Notes under the pieces: generated by a model | Seen by the model: only the letters and a program-made list of their open reading frames with translations | What the model was told of the DNA's origin: nothing | Database searches by the model: none | Part shown: positions 20,803-28,872 of the stretch, in pieces | Layout: every line of letters begins with the position of its first letter | Numbering within the stretch: the first letter of the stretch is position 1 | Program-made: the position numbers and the translations under genes | Source of the DNA: an uncultured Actinomycetes bacterium | GTDB taxonomy: Bacteria > Actinomycetota > UBA4738 > HRBIN12 | Reading direction: 5' to 3' | DNA: 64,000 nt | Assembly: GCA_963799625.1 (NCBI GenBank) | Contig: CAWCXU010000001.1 | Span: 57,979 to 121,978, forward strand

Positions 20803-22284
20803 GGCGATCCCGCGCACGACGTCGAGGTCGCGCAGCTGCGCCGTCAGCCAGCGCACGGGGTTGCGCGCAAGCACCGCGCGCGTGAGCCCTCGCGCACGCC
20901 TGACGCGTTCCTCGCGCGGCATCTCGAGCCCCGCCGCGATCGCCTCGGCGGTCTCGGCGACGTCGAAGGGGTTGACCGCGAGCGCGTGGCGGCCGAGACG
21001 CGCGAACGCGCCGGCGTTCTGCGACAGGATCAGCGAGCCCTGCTGCCGGTTCACGAGCGGCCCCTCCATCGCGACGAGGTTCATCCCGTCGAAGATCGGG
21101 TTCACGAGCAGCGTGTCGTAGATGCCGTACGCCGCGACCGCGCGCGCGTAGCTCTCGTCGGTGCGCACCTCGATGGGCTGCCAGCCCGCGCCGCCGAACT
21201 TCGCGTTGATCATCTCGACCATCTCGCGCACGCGCTCCCCGTACACCTGGTACTCGGGGATCTCGGTGCGCGAGCGCGGCAGGAGCGCGAGGAACCGCAC
21301 CTTGCCGTGCCAGTCGGGCCGGTCGTGCAGGAACGTTTCGAACGCCTGGAACCCGCGCACGATGTTCTTCGACAGCTCGAGTCGGTCGACGCGCACGAGC
21401 AGCTTCGCGTCCTCTTTCCACTCGACGAGGTCCTTGCGGATCTTCGTGACCTCCTTGCTTCGGGAGGTCGCGCGCAGCGGTTCCGGATCCAGCGACACCG
21501 GATAGGTTCGGACGAGCACCGTTCGGTCGCCGATCCGGATCCGGCGCCGACGGACGTCGACGTGCGCATCGCGGAGCGTGTCGCGCGCGCACAGCAGGAA
21601 GTTCTCGGCCCAGCGTTCGGCCTGGAAGCCGAGCACGTCGGCGCCGAGCATCCCGCGCAGCAGCTCCTCGCGGATCGATGAGGGGAGCACCCCGAGGAAC
21701 GACTGCCCCGCGAAGGGCGTGTGCGTGAAGTGCGCGATCCGCGCGTTGGGTTGCAGCTGTCGCAGGAACGCGGGGACGAGCGACAGGTGGTAGTCCTGCA
21801 CGAGGTAGACCGGGTCGCGGTCGGCGTGCTGGTCGAGCGACTGCGCGACCATCCGGTTGACCTCGCGGTAGTCGTCCCAGATCTCGCGCGTCTCGGCGTC
21901 CCACGACGGCAGGTACGACAGGTCGAACAGATGGTGGTGCAGCTGCCATAGGACCCGGTTCGAGATCCCGTTGTAGTAACCGGCGAACAGCTCGGGCGGG
22001 ATGTCGACGAACCCGGCGCGGCCTGCGGGCTCGACCTCGGTGGTCGCACCGGTGGCGGCGATCTCGCGGTCACCGTCGGTCATCGCGGCGGCGAGCCACG
22101 TGGCGTCGGATTCGAACAGCACACCGGCGATCGCCGTCACGAGCCCGCCCGAGCCGCGGTCGCCAACGAGCTCGCCGTCGGCATCGCGACGGAAAGAGAC
22201 CGGACCTCGGTTGGACGCCACGACGAGCGGAGACTCGAACGCCGCGGCCTGCGGTTGCGGCATGCCGGTACCCATAGTAGTCAA
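20716..22284 (-). CDS. otsA: Trehalose-6-phosphate synthase (GT20)
   Basis: VVASNRGP, GSGGLVTA, YYNGISNRVLW, VQDYHL, HFTHTPF, VDRLELSKNIVRG, DGMNLVAME. Confidence 0.92.
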   Translation of the reverse strand: MTTMGTGMPQPQAAAFESPLVVASNRGPVSFRRDADGELVGDRGSGGLVTAIAGVLFESDATWLAAAMTDGDREIAATGATTEVEPAGRAGFVDIPPELFAGYYNGISNRVLWQLHHHLFDLSYLPSWDAETREIWDDYREVNRMVAQSLDQHADRDPVYLVQDYHLSLVPAFLRQLQPNARIAHFTHTPFAGQSFLGVLPSSIREELLRGMLGADVLGFQAERWAENFLLCARDTLRDAHVDVRRRRIRIGDRTVLVRTYPVSLDPEPLRATSRSKEVTKIRKDLVEWKEDAKLLVRVDRLELSKNIVRGFQAFETFLHDRPDWHGKVRFLALLPRSRTEIPEYQVYGERVREMVEMINAKFGGAGWQPIEVRTDESYARAVAAYGIYDTLLVNPIFDGMNLVAMEGPLVNRQQGSLILSQNAGAFARLGRHALAVNPFDVAETAEAIAAGLEMPREERVRRARGLTRAVLARNPVRWLTAQLRDLDVVRGIASQRSEEVEEPEGPLHLNISDLDEARGRP

Positions 22285-22345
22285 CGGCTGCCGAACCGGT
22301 GCCGCTCGTGTGGTGTAGGGCCGACGGGGGACCTGACCCTCACAC

Positions 22346-22558
22346 TCAGTGGTCGGTCGCGTCCTTGACGCTCTGCTTGAGCTTCTTCCCGGCGTCCTTG
22401 AGGTCGCCGGTGGCCTTCCTGGCGTCGCCCTTCACCTGATCCTTGCGACCCTCGCGCTCGAGGCGCTCGTCGTCGGTGACCTTGCCGGCCGCCTCTTTCA
22501 CCTTGCCCTTGGAGCGCTCCAGGGTGCCCTTCGTCTTGTCGCTCTCGCTGCTGCTCAT
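22346..22558 (-). CDS. csbD: CsbD family general stress protein
   Basis: DKTKGTLERSKGKVKEAAGKVTDDERLEREGRKDQVKG; GAGGAGG SD; SigB/F promoter upstream. Confidence 0.88.
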   Translation of the reverse strand: MSSSESDKTKGTLERSKGKVKEAAGKVTDDERLEREGRKDQVKGDARKATGDLKDAGKKLKQSVKDATDH

Positions 22559-22593
22559 GACGTTGCCTCCTCGACGTGTCGTTCTCAGAGGTG

Positions 22594-22617
22594 TTCCCGA
22601 TGGGTCCGCGCTGAAAC
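22594..22617 (-). promoter_or_regulatory. SigB/SigF-type promoter of csbD
   Basis: GTTT-15 nt-GGGAA on the minus strand. Confidence 0.7.
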
Positions 22618-22624
22618 CTCGATG

Positions 22625-23389
22625 TCAGCCGGGCGCGATGGTGCCGCGAAGCTTCGCGAGGGTCACGGTGAGGATGCGCGAGACGTGCATCTGCGAGATG
22701 CCGATCTCCGCCGCGATCTCGGACTGCGTCTTGTTCTCGAAGAAGCGGAGGTACAGGATGCGGCGCTCTCGCGCGGGCAGCTCGCGGATCGCCGGGGCGA
22801 CGTCGACCCACCCGGTGGCGAGCTCGAAGCGTTCGTCGATCTCGCCGAGGGCGTCGCCGGGCGCCGGGGCATCCTCGTCGGCCCGGCTATCCAGCGACGA
22901 GGCGGTGAACGCCTGCGCGGCGTCGACGGCCTCGATCACGTCGGACTCGGACTCACCGATCGCCTCGGCGATCTCGGCGAACGACGGAGACCGACCGAGG
23001 GATTGCTGCAGGTCGGGAAGCGTCCTGTTCACGATGAGCGCGATCTCCTGCAGCCGCCGCGGCACGCGGACCGACCACGCCTTGTCGCGGAGGTGCCGCT
23101 TGAGCTCGCCGACGATCGTCGCCGCGGCGTACGTGGAGAACTGGACGCCGCGCTCGGGGTCGAACCGATCCGTCGCCTGCAGGAGCCCGATCTCGGCGAC
23201 CTGGACGAGGTCCTCGAGCGCCTCACCCCGCCCACCGTAGCGTCGCGCCAGGTACAGCACGAGGGGATGACACTCGCGCACGATCGTCTCCCTGCGCTCG
23301 GCGGCGGGGACGCCGTGCGCGAAGGCCTGGGCGATCCGCTCGTCGCGCTCGCGCCTGCTGGTCGCCGTCTCGGTGTCGGGAGCGGTCAC
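22625..23389 (-). CDS. SigB/SigF/SigG family RNA polymerase sigma factor
   Basis: DLVQVAEIGLLQATDRFDPERGVQFSTYA, GELKRHLRDKAWSVRVPRRLQE, TQSEIAAEIGISQMHVSRIL; GTGA overlap with upstream gene. Confidence 0.92.
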   Translation of the reverse strand: MTAPDTETATSRRERDERIAQAFAHGVPAAERRETIVRECHPLVLYLARRYGGRGEALEDLVQVAEIGLLQATDRFDPERGVQFSTYAAATIVGELKRHLRDKAWSVRVPRRLQEIALIVNRTLPDLQQSLGRSPSFAEIAEAIGESESDVIEAVDAAQAFTASSLDSRADEDAPAPGDALGEIDERFELATGWVDVAPAIRELPARERRILYLRFFENKTQSEIAAEIGISQMHVSRILTVTLAKLRGTIAPG

Positions 23390-23805
23390 GTGCCGAATCC
23401 GAACCGCAAGCCGATGCACGGCCCGTCGTCGGTCATCGACTCGCCGGCCTCGTCCGCCAGCGTGTCGATCACGACCCAGGAGAAGGCGTCGATGTCGGGA
23501 CCGATCGGCCACCGACCGATCGCCGTGGTCGGCATCGTGAGGTCGACGCGCACCGTGTCGCCTTCGACGGTGATGACCTGGCGGATCGTTCCCTGTGAGC
23601 CGGATGCTTGGATCAAGCGTCCCGCGGCCTCGGACACGGCGAGGCGCAGATCGTCGACGCGGTCGAACCCCAACGGGGTGCGTCCGGCGACGACGCCGGC
23701 GACCGAGCGCAGGATGTCGATCGCGTTCGGGGTCGCGGGTACCGTCACCGACACTGGACCGAACGTCGGTGTGCCCACCCCACCTATACTAGCCACGACA
23801 TCCAC
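23386..23805 (-). CDS. RsbW-like anti-sigma factor, degenerate ATP-binding motifs; start uncertain
   Basis: VTVPA...DRVDDLRLAVSEAA opening typical of RsbW; N-box Asn and DxGxG missing; coupled to the sigma gene. Confidence 0.7.
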   Translation of the reverse strand: MDVVASIGGVGTPTFGPVSVTVPATPNAIDILRSVAGVVAGRTPLGFDRVDDLRLAVSEAAGRLIQASGSQGTIRQVITVEGDTVRVDLTMPTTAIGRWPIGPDIDAFSWVVIDTLADEAGESMTDDGPCIGLRFGFGT

Positions 23806-23852
23806 CGGCCCCGGATGCAGACACGCGCGCCGCGCAGGAGGGGAGAGCGCCG

Positions 23853-24191
23853 ATGGCGACGATGACCGTGACGCCCTCCACGTATGAGTCCTGGGGCGTG
23901 CTCACCGTCGACGGCGAGCTCGATCTGTCCACGGGACCCGAGCTCCGCGACGCGCTGAACACGCTCGCGAACGGCCACGAGCGCATCGCGATCGACCTAC
24001 GCGCGGTCACGTTCATGGACTCCACGGCCCTGGGTGTGATCGTGGCCGCCATGAAGCGCGCGCGGGAGCGCGGCGGCGAGCTCGCGCTCGTGGGGCCCAC
24101 CGGGTCCCCGCGCAAGGTGCTCTCGATCACCGCGTTGGACCAGATCGTGCCGATCGTCGACGACCCGGCGGGGCTGGCCGGGGTCGTCTGA
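23853..24191 (+). CDS. STAS anti-anti-sigma factor (RsbV-like)
   Basis: VDGELDLSTGPELR, IDLRAVTFMDSTALGV; strong SD AGGAGG. Confidence 0.9.
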   Translation: MATMTVTPSTYESWGVLTVDGELDLSTGPELRDALNTLANGHERIAIDLRAVTFMDSTALGVIVAAMKRARERGGELALVGPTGSPRKVLSITALDQIVPIVDDPAGLAGVV

Positions 24192-24193
24192 GC

Positions 24194-24577
24194 GTGCCGG
24201 ACGATCGCGGACCCTACGAGCTGTCGGTGCCCGCGGATCCCGCGGGTCTGTCCACCGTCCGTGCGTTCCTGCGCGCGGTCGCCCGCTCCATCGACTCGGA
24301 GCCCGAGCGGTCCGACGACCTCGAGCTCATCGTCTCGGAGGTGGGCGCGGCGCTGGTCGAGGGAGCCTCCACGCGGCTGCGGATCGAGGTGCGGGCCGAT
24401 GCGGCCGTGTTCGAGGTCGCGATCGACGGTGACGCGCCGCCGTCGGCGCCCGACGACAACCCGATCCGCAGGGATCTGCTCGCGACGCTTGCGCCCGACA
24501 CGACATGGACCGATCAGGGCGCTCGGTTCAGCTTGTCGCTCGAGCCGGGCGGAGAAGGGTCCGCGCAAGCGCGATAG
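24194..24577 (+). CDS. RsbW-like protein, degenerate ATP-binding motifs
   Basis: ELSVPADPAGLSTVRAFLRAVA...DDLELIVSEV; no N-box Asn or G-boxes. Confidence 0.65.
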   Translation: MPDDRGPYELSVPADPAGLSTVRAFLRAVARSIDSEPERSDDLELIVSEVGAALVEGASTRLRIEVRADAAVFEVAIDGDAPPSAPDDNPIRRDLLATLAPDTTWTDQGARFSLSLEPGGEGSAQAR

Positions 24578-24607
24578 ATCTGCACCGCTCGCCGTCCCCG
24601 GACCGAC

Positions 24608-24631
24608 GTTTCCGTCCGCGCGCGTGGGGTA
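24608..24631 (+). promoter_or_regulatory. SigB/SigF-type promoter of the Pro-rich microprotein
   Basis: GTTT-15 nt-GGGTA, 10 nt before ATG 24642. Confidence 0.7.
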
Positions 24632-24641
24632 GGCGGTAGCC

Positions 24642-24770
24642 ATGCAGACGAAGATCCGCGCAGAACGCCCGGAGCCGGGACCGGATCCCGGCCCGACCCC
24701 GGGACCGCAGCCCGAGCCCGGACCGCCTCCGCCCTCGCCGGGACCGATCCCGGTGCCGCCGCCGCTCTGA
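24642..24770 (+). CDS. 42-aa proline-rich microprotein (not in ORF track)
   Basis: MQTKIRAERPEPGPDPGPTPGPQPEPGPPPPSPGPIPVPPPL*; fills an intergenic gap; promoter directly upstream. Confidence 0.55.
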   Translation: MQTKIRAERPEPGPDPGPTPGPQPEPGPPPPSPGPIPVPPPL

Positions 24771-24789
24771 GCGGCTCCGGATCGCCGGA

Positions 24790-25842
24790 TCACGCGGCCC
24801 GACGTCGGCTCCGCTCGCCGGCGATGAGCGCGAGCACCGCCGCTTCGATGTGGGTGCGCGCCGCGTCGCCCCATCGCCCGGGAGCCACGTCGTCTGGCAC
24901 CGCGGCCAGGTCCGCGGCGATCGTCGAGCCGTCCCGGAACCGGTCGAAGATCCGGGGGTCGATGTAGGACGTGCGGCAGACCGCCGGTGTGTTGCCGAGG
25001 ACGACAGCGACGCCACGGACCACCTGGGCGATCTCGCGGTCGACCGCGCGGGCCGACCGTGTGTCGTCGTCCTCGGCCCCGGCGAGCCCGACCGCGGCGA
25101 GCACGGTCGCGTGCCACGTGCGGAAGTCCTTCGCCGATGCCTCCACACCGACGCCATCACGGAGGTAGGTGTTCACGTCGCCGGCGCGCACGGGCACGAG
25201 GCGACCGTCGTCACCCTCGTAGACGAACAGGCGCCGGCCGCCGCCGCGCCGGGCATCGAGCGCGCGGAGCACCCGCAGGGCATCGGGATCGCGGACGTCG
25301 TGCGTGCGCTCGGCGCCGCCTTTGCCTCGGTAGTGGAACACCGCGCGGGTCCGACCCACCCGGACGTGGTCCCGCCGGATCGTGGTGAGTCCGAACGAGC
25401 CGTTGTCCCGCGCGTACGTGTCCGACCCGATCCGGAACGTCGTCGCGTCCAGCAGCCGGACCGTGCACGCGAGGACGCGCTCGCGGGCGAGGCCCCGGCT
25501 CGACAGGTCGTGGGCGACCTGCACGCGGAGGTCCGGCAGGCCCTGCGCGAAGACCTCGATCCGGCGGAACTTCTCGGCAGCTCGCCGCTCGTTCCACCGG
25601 TCGTGGTAGCGGTACTGCTTGCGTCCTGCCGCGTCGACGCCGACCGCCTGGATGTGTCCCGCGGGGTCGGGGCAGATCCACACGTCGGTCCACGCGGGCG
25701 GGATCGCCAGCGCAGCGATCCGCTCGAGGGTGGCCTCGTCGCGGATCGGATCGTCATGATCGTCGACGTAGCGGAAACCCCGGCCCTGCACCCGGCGGTG
25801 GACGCCGGGGCCGTGCGGCCGGCTCCGCCGGAGCCGGCTCAC
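24790..25842 (-). CDS. Bacterial DNA topoisomerase IB (poxvirus-like)
   Basis: GRGFRY, LAIPPAWTDVWIC, GHIQAVGVDAAGRKQYRYH, TFRIG, YRGKGG, AKDFRTW, GNTPAVCRTSYIDP (catalytic Tyr). Confidence 0.92.
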   Translation of the reverse strand: MSRLRRSRPHGPGVHRRVQGRGFRYVDDHDDPIRDEATLERIAALAIPPAWTDVWICPDPAGHIQAVGVDAAGRKQYRYHDRWNERRAAEKFRRIEVFAQGLPDLRVQVAHDLSSRGLARERVLACTVRLLDATTFRIGSDTYARDNGSFGLTTIRRDHVRVGRTRAVFHYRGKGGAERTHDVRDPDALRVLRALDARRGGGRRLFVYEGDDGRLVPVRAGDVNTYLRDGVGVEASAKDFRTWHATVLAAVGLAGAEDDDTRSARAVDREIAQVVRGVAVVLGNTPAVCRTSYIDPRIFDRFRDGSTIAADLAAVPDDVAPGRWGDAARTHIEAAVLALIAGERSRRRAA

Positions 25843-25868
25843 GGCCCCGGCTCGGTCGGGAACGCGAA

Positions 25869-25897
25869 GGTGCCCGGCGGCTCCGCCGCCGGGCACC
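25869..25897. terminator. Perfect 13-bp GC hairpin, probable terminator of the minus-strand membrane-protein pair
   Basis: GGTGCCCGGCGGC-TCC-GCCGCCGGGCACC, 30 nt past the stop at 25928; no U-tract. Confidence 0.55.
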
Positions 25898-25927
25898 CCC
25901 GATCCTGCCGCACCCGAGGAGCGCGCA

Positions 25928-26524
25928 TCAGCCGTTGTCGGCGTAGGCGCGCTCGGGCGTTGTGGTCGCAGTGGTTGCGTCGTCGACCCGAACGATGCGG
26001 TCACCGTCACGCGTGAGCGCTCCACCGATCGCGCCGCCGATCCCCGCGGCGAGGAACCCGCCCAGGATCGTCCAGAAGGTGCCCCACAGGGCGCCGTAGA
26101 CGACCGGGCTGGTCGCCTGGTTCGTCTGGACGTCGTTCGTCAGCTGCCCCACGCTGAAGACGTTGAGGATCGCGGGGATCCCCACCGACAGCGTCACGAG
26201 CAGCAGCAGGCCCCAGATCGTCGCGCCGTGCAGGAAGCCCGTCCCGACCCCTCGCACGCCCGAGAGGTAGCCGGCGAGCAAGCCCGCCAGGAACAGGCAC
26301 CCGACCGCGGACGCGCCGATGAACCACTCGATGTTCCGCTGGATCATGTCGACGTTCGACGCACGCGCCAGAGCGAGCCACAGGCTCGTCAACAGGGCGA
26401 GCGTGGCGAACCCGAGGAGCGTGCCCGCGAATACGGCGCTCCACCGGATCAAGGTTCGGCCGGCCTGCTCCCCGTCGTTGGTGCTCATCGTGCGCGTCGT
26501 GGTGATGGGTTGCGCGACCGTCAT
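25928..26524 (-). CDS. Membrane protein, about 4 TM, stress-associated hypothetical
   Basis: IRWSAVFAG...; four hydrophobic segments with GxxxG motifs; ATGA overlap with upstream gene. Confidence 0.7.
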   Translation of the reverse strand: MTVAQPITTTRTMSTNDGEQAGRTLIRWSAVFAGTLLGFATLALLTSLWLALARASNVDMIQRNIEWFIGASAVGCLFLAGLLAGYLSGVRGVGTGFLHGATIWGLLLLVTLSVGIPAILNVFSVGQLTNDVQTNQATSPVVYGALWGTFWTILGGFLAAGIGGAIGGALTRDGDRIVRVDDATTATTTPERAYADNG

Positions 26525-26796
26525 GGCCCGACCCACCCTTCGTGCTCCGTCACGCGCTCCTCACCGTGCGGTGTCGCGGTGATCTGCTCTCGCTCCGTCG
26601 TGGAGCGACGCGAACCCATCACGACCAACATCAGTCCGACGAGGACCGCAAGCACTCCCACCAACAGCAGGATGCCGCCCGCGGTCACGACGTCGAATCC
26701 GGTCGGGTTCGCTTCGATCGCGTAGCGCATGATCGCGCCGACGACCGCAAGCACGACACCGAGTCCGATCAATCCTGAACCAGTGCCTGTACCCAT
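26521..26796 (-). CDS. Small 2-TM membrane protein (DUF6458-like)
   Basis: GLIGLGVVLAVVGAIMRYAIEANPTGFDVVTAGGILLLVG; AAGGAGG SD. Confidence 0.7.
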   Translation of the reverse strand: MGTGTGSGLIGLGVVLAVVGAIMRYAIEANPTGFDVVTAGGILLLVGVLAVLVGLMLVVMGSRRSTTEREQITATPHGEERVTEHEGWVGP

Positions 26797-26869
26797 GGTC
26801 CGTTCCTCCTTCCGCGCCCGGCCCCTTGCCGGTCGCGCCGGTGGCCGCGGTGTCGCGGCCGACGACGGT

Positions 26870-26895
26870 TTCCCCGCAGGGAGCTCCGTTCAAAC
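26870..26895 (-). promoter_or_regulatory. SigB/SigF-type promoter (leftward of a divergent pair)
   Basis: GTTT-17 nt-GGGAA on the minus strand. Confidence 0.5.
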
Positions 26896-26908
26896 CCGCC
26901 ACCCACCC

Positions 26909-26932
26909 GTTTCAGACCAGCGCGGCGGGGTA
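26909..26932 (+). promoter_or_regulatory. SigB/SigF-type promoter (rightward of a divergent pair)
   Basis: GTTT-15 nt-GGGTA. Confidence 0.7.
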
Positions 26933-26994
26933 CGGCTCAAGCGTGGTCGGCGCCCGCCGGCCTACGACGGATCGACCCAAGGAGGAGAGCCGCC

Positions 26995-27489
26995 ATGGAC
27001 CTGATGGAGCGAGCCAACGACCGGCGCCGCGTCCTCATGCGTGACCGCATCGAGCACAAGCTCGACGACGCGCTGCGTGACAACGTGCGACTGGAGCAGG
27101 CGAACGAACTGCTGAAGGCAGAGCTCGAGCGCGAGGACCGCGAGCGCGACCACCTCTGGGGCGCCCTCGACAAGGGGTCACGCGGCCGCCGCGGTTCCGG
27201 GCGGATCCGTCGGATCGTCGTCTTGGGGGCCGGCGTGGGTACCGCCTACGTGATCGGCGCGAAGGCCGGCCGCGGCCGGTACGACGAGCTCGTCGCGTGG
27301 TGGGACCGGATGCGTGGTCGCGCCACCGAGATGCAGGACGACATGCAGCGGTCGATGTCGGCCAAGGCGACCGACATGACGAACGATCTCGCCGGCAAGA
27401 TCGAGCAAGGCGCCGCCAAGACCAGTGACGCGATCGAGGACACCGGCCACAAGGCGGCCGACTCGGTCCGTTCGGCGAGCAAGGCATAA
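26995..27489 (+). CDS. Coiled-coil protein with YtxH-like segment
   Basis: AAGGAGG SD; coiled-coil N-term; LGAGVGTAYVIGAKAGRGRYDEL; Lys/Ala/Asp-rich tail. Confidence 0.7.
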   Translation: MDLMERANDRRRVLMRDRIEHKLDDALRDNVRLEQANELLKAELEREDRERDHLWGALDKGSRGRRGSGRIRRIVVLGAGVGTAYVIGAKAGRGRYDELVAWWDRMRGRATEMQDDMQRSMSAKATDMTNDLAGKIEQGAAKTSDAIEDTGHKAADSVRSASKA

Positions 27490-27496
27490 GGACGCC

Positions 27497-27528
27497 GATG
27501 TGCGCCGGAGAGCCTAGCCGCGCACATC
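27497..27528 (+). terminator. Hairpin after the YtxH-like gene
   Basis: GATGTGCGC...GCGCACATC 9-bp stem, 7 nt after the stop. Confidence 0.45.
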
Positions 27529-27576
27529 TGGCGTGACGCCCCGGCGCGTTCACCGTCTGGCAGGTTCGCTGGGTCG

Positions 27577-27629
27577 ACGGCGGCGCGCCGGGGCCGGGGC
27601 CGGAACGGCGGCGCGCCGGGGCCGGGGCC
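27577..27629. repeat. 25-bp direct repeat, two exact copies, period 28
   Basis: ACGGCGGCGCGCCGGGGCCGGGGCC at 27577 and 27605. Confidence 0.85.
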
Positions 27630-27858
27630 AGGTTCGGCGCGGTAGGCGTCGCGGATCGGGCACCCCCGCCTCATGTCGACCGAACAGGCACAGGAACGCT
27701 CGTGAAGCTCGACGAGCTCATCGCCGTGACGAGTGGTGCGAGCAACCGCGCGATCGGGATCGAACGCGCGAACGTGGCCGAGATCGACCCGCATGGGCGA
27801 GGCGCTGGAGGAACAGCGTCGATCGTCCGGCGAGGACGATCCCAGTCCCTCGGAGGGC

Positions 27859-27882
27859 GTTTAGGCCTTCGGCGGCCGGGTA
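27859..27882 (+). promoter_or_regulatory. SigB/SigF-type promoter of the CBS operon
   Basis: GTTT-15 nt-GGGTA, 11 nt before ATG 27894. Confidence 0.75.
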
Positions 27883-27893
27883 CCCACGCTCGC

Positions 27894-28406
27894 ATGAGCA
27901 AACTCGTGCGAAACGTGATGGCGACCGAACCGAAGGTCGCGACCGAGGAGATGACGGCCGTCGACGGCGCTCGCCTGATGGCGTCCTACGACTTCGGGAT
28001 GGTGCCGATCGTGGGAGCCGACCAGCGTCTCGTCGGCGTCGTGACCGACCGGGACCTCGTCGTTCGGGTCCTCGCGAAGGGACTCGACCCGCGGACGGTC
28101 GATCTCGCCACGATCGCCACCACGAAGAACATCGCGACGATCGGCCCCGACGGATCGCTGCGCGAGGCCGAAGACCTGATGGCCGAGCACCGCGTCAAGC
28201 GCCTGCCCGTGGTCGATGGCGATGCGCTCGTCGGTGTCGTCGCGCTCGGCGATGTCGCGGTGACCGCGGCGTCGCCTCACGAGGTGGGGGAGGCCGTCGC
28301 CGAGATCTCCCGTTCGCCCGCCACCGAAGAGGTGCACGGCGTTCGGGAGCCTGCGACCGGTACCCCGGCGCAGGTGGCGCAGGACGTCCGAGCGGACGAA
28401 GGATAA
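27894..28406 (+). CDS. CBS domain-containing protein
   Basis: VRNVMATEP, LMASYDFGMVPIV, LVGVVTDRDLVVRVLA, HRVKRLPVVDG. Confidence 0.88.
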   Translation: MSKLVRNVMATEPKVATEEMTAVDGARLMASYDFGMVPIVGADQRLVGVVTDRDLVVRVLAKGLDPRTVDLATIATTKNIATIGPDGSLREAEDLMAEHRVKRLPVVDGDALVGVVALGDVAVTAASPHEVGEAVAEISRSPATEEVHGVREPATGTPAQVAQDVRADEG

Positions 28407-28416
28407 GGAGCCCAGG

Positions 28417-28590
28417 ATGGAACTGCTCGCAGCACTCTCCGGCGGCGCGGCGACGCTGCTTTGGATCATCGCCGCGGTCCTCGTGATCGCGGGCATCGTC
28501 TGGATCATCCGAGGCAGCGTGTTGGCCGGGATCGTGATGATCGTCGTCGGCTGTTTGGTCGGCCCCGGCGGCGTGAGCATCTTCCACTAG
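28417..28590 (+). CDS. GPGG-motif small membrane protein (57 aa, not in ORF track)
   Basis: MELLAALSGGAATLLWIIAAVLVIAGIVWIIRGSVLAGIVMIVVGCLVGPGGVSIFH*; AAGGAG SD. Confidence 0.8.
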   Translation: MELLAALSGGAATLLWIIAAVLVIAGIVWIIRGSVLAGIVMIVVGCLVGPGGVSIFH

Positions 28591-28592
28591 CC

Positions 28593-28865
28593 ATGCCGAT
28601 CGAACGCAACCAAGCTCTGCGCGCGACGCTTCCGGGGGGGAGCGCCGCGCGCAGGCCTGTTCGGACGAAGGCGGACCGGATCTGTCGCTCGGAGGAGTGC
28701 GACACGATCCTGTCCATCTACAACACGTCGGGCACGTGCTGGCTCCACACCCAGCCGCAGCCGGAACCGTCGTACGCTCGGACGCCGCGACGCTCGGAGA
28801 TCGACCCGCCGCGCGTGGTCGTCAGCGACGAGGACCTGATCGCGCTCGTCCAACACGCGAGCTGA
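28593..28865 (+). CDS. Small protein with C-x4-C-x12-C-x2-H putative zinc site
   Basis: ICRSEECDTILSIYNTSGTCWLH; ATG 2 nt after the previous stop. Confidence 0.6.
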   Translation: MPIERNQALRATLPGGSAARRPVRTKADRICRSEECDTILSIYNTSGTCWLHTQPQPEPSYARTPRRSEIDPPRVVVSDEDLIALVQHAS

Positions 28866-28872
28866 GCGATGC

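Noticed and set aside
27671-27894. Upstream extension of the CBS ORF (MKLDELIAV...) and small minus-strand ORFs here
   Set aside because: The SigB/F promoter at 27859 lies inside the extension and points to ATG 27894; no motif support for the alternatives.
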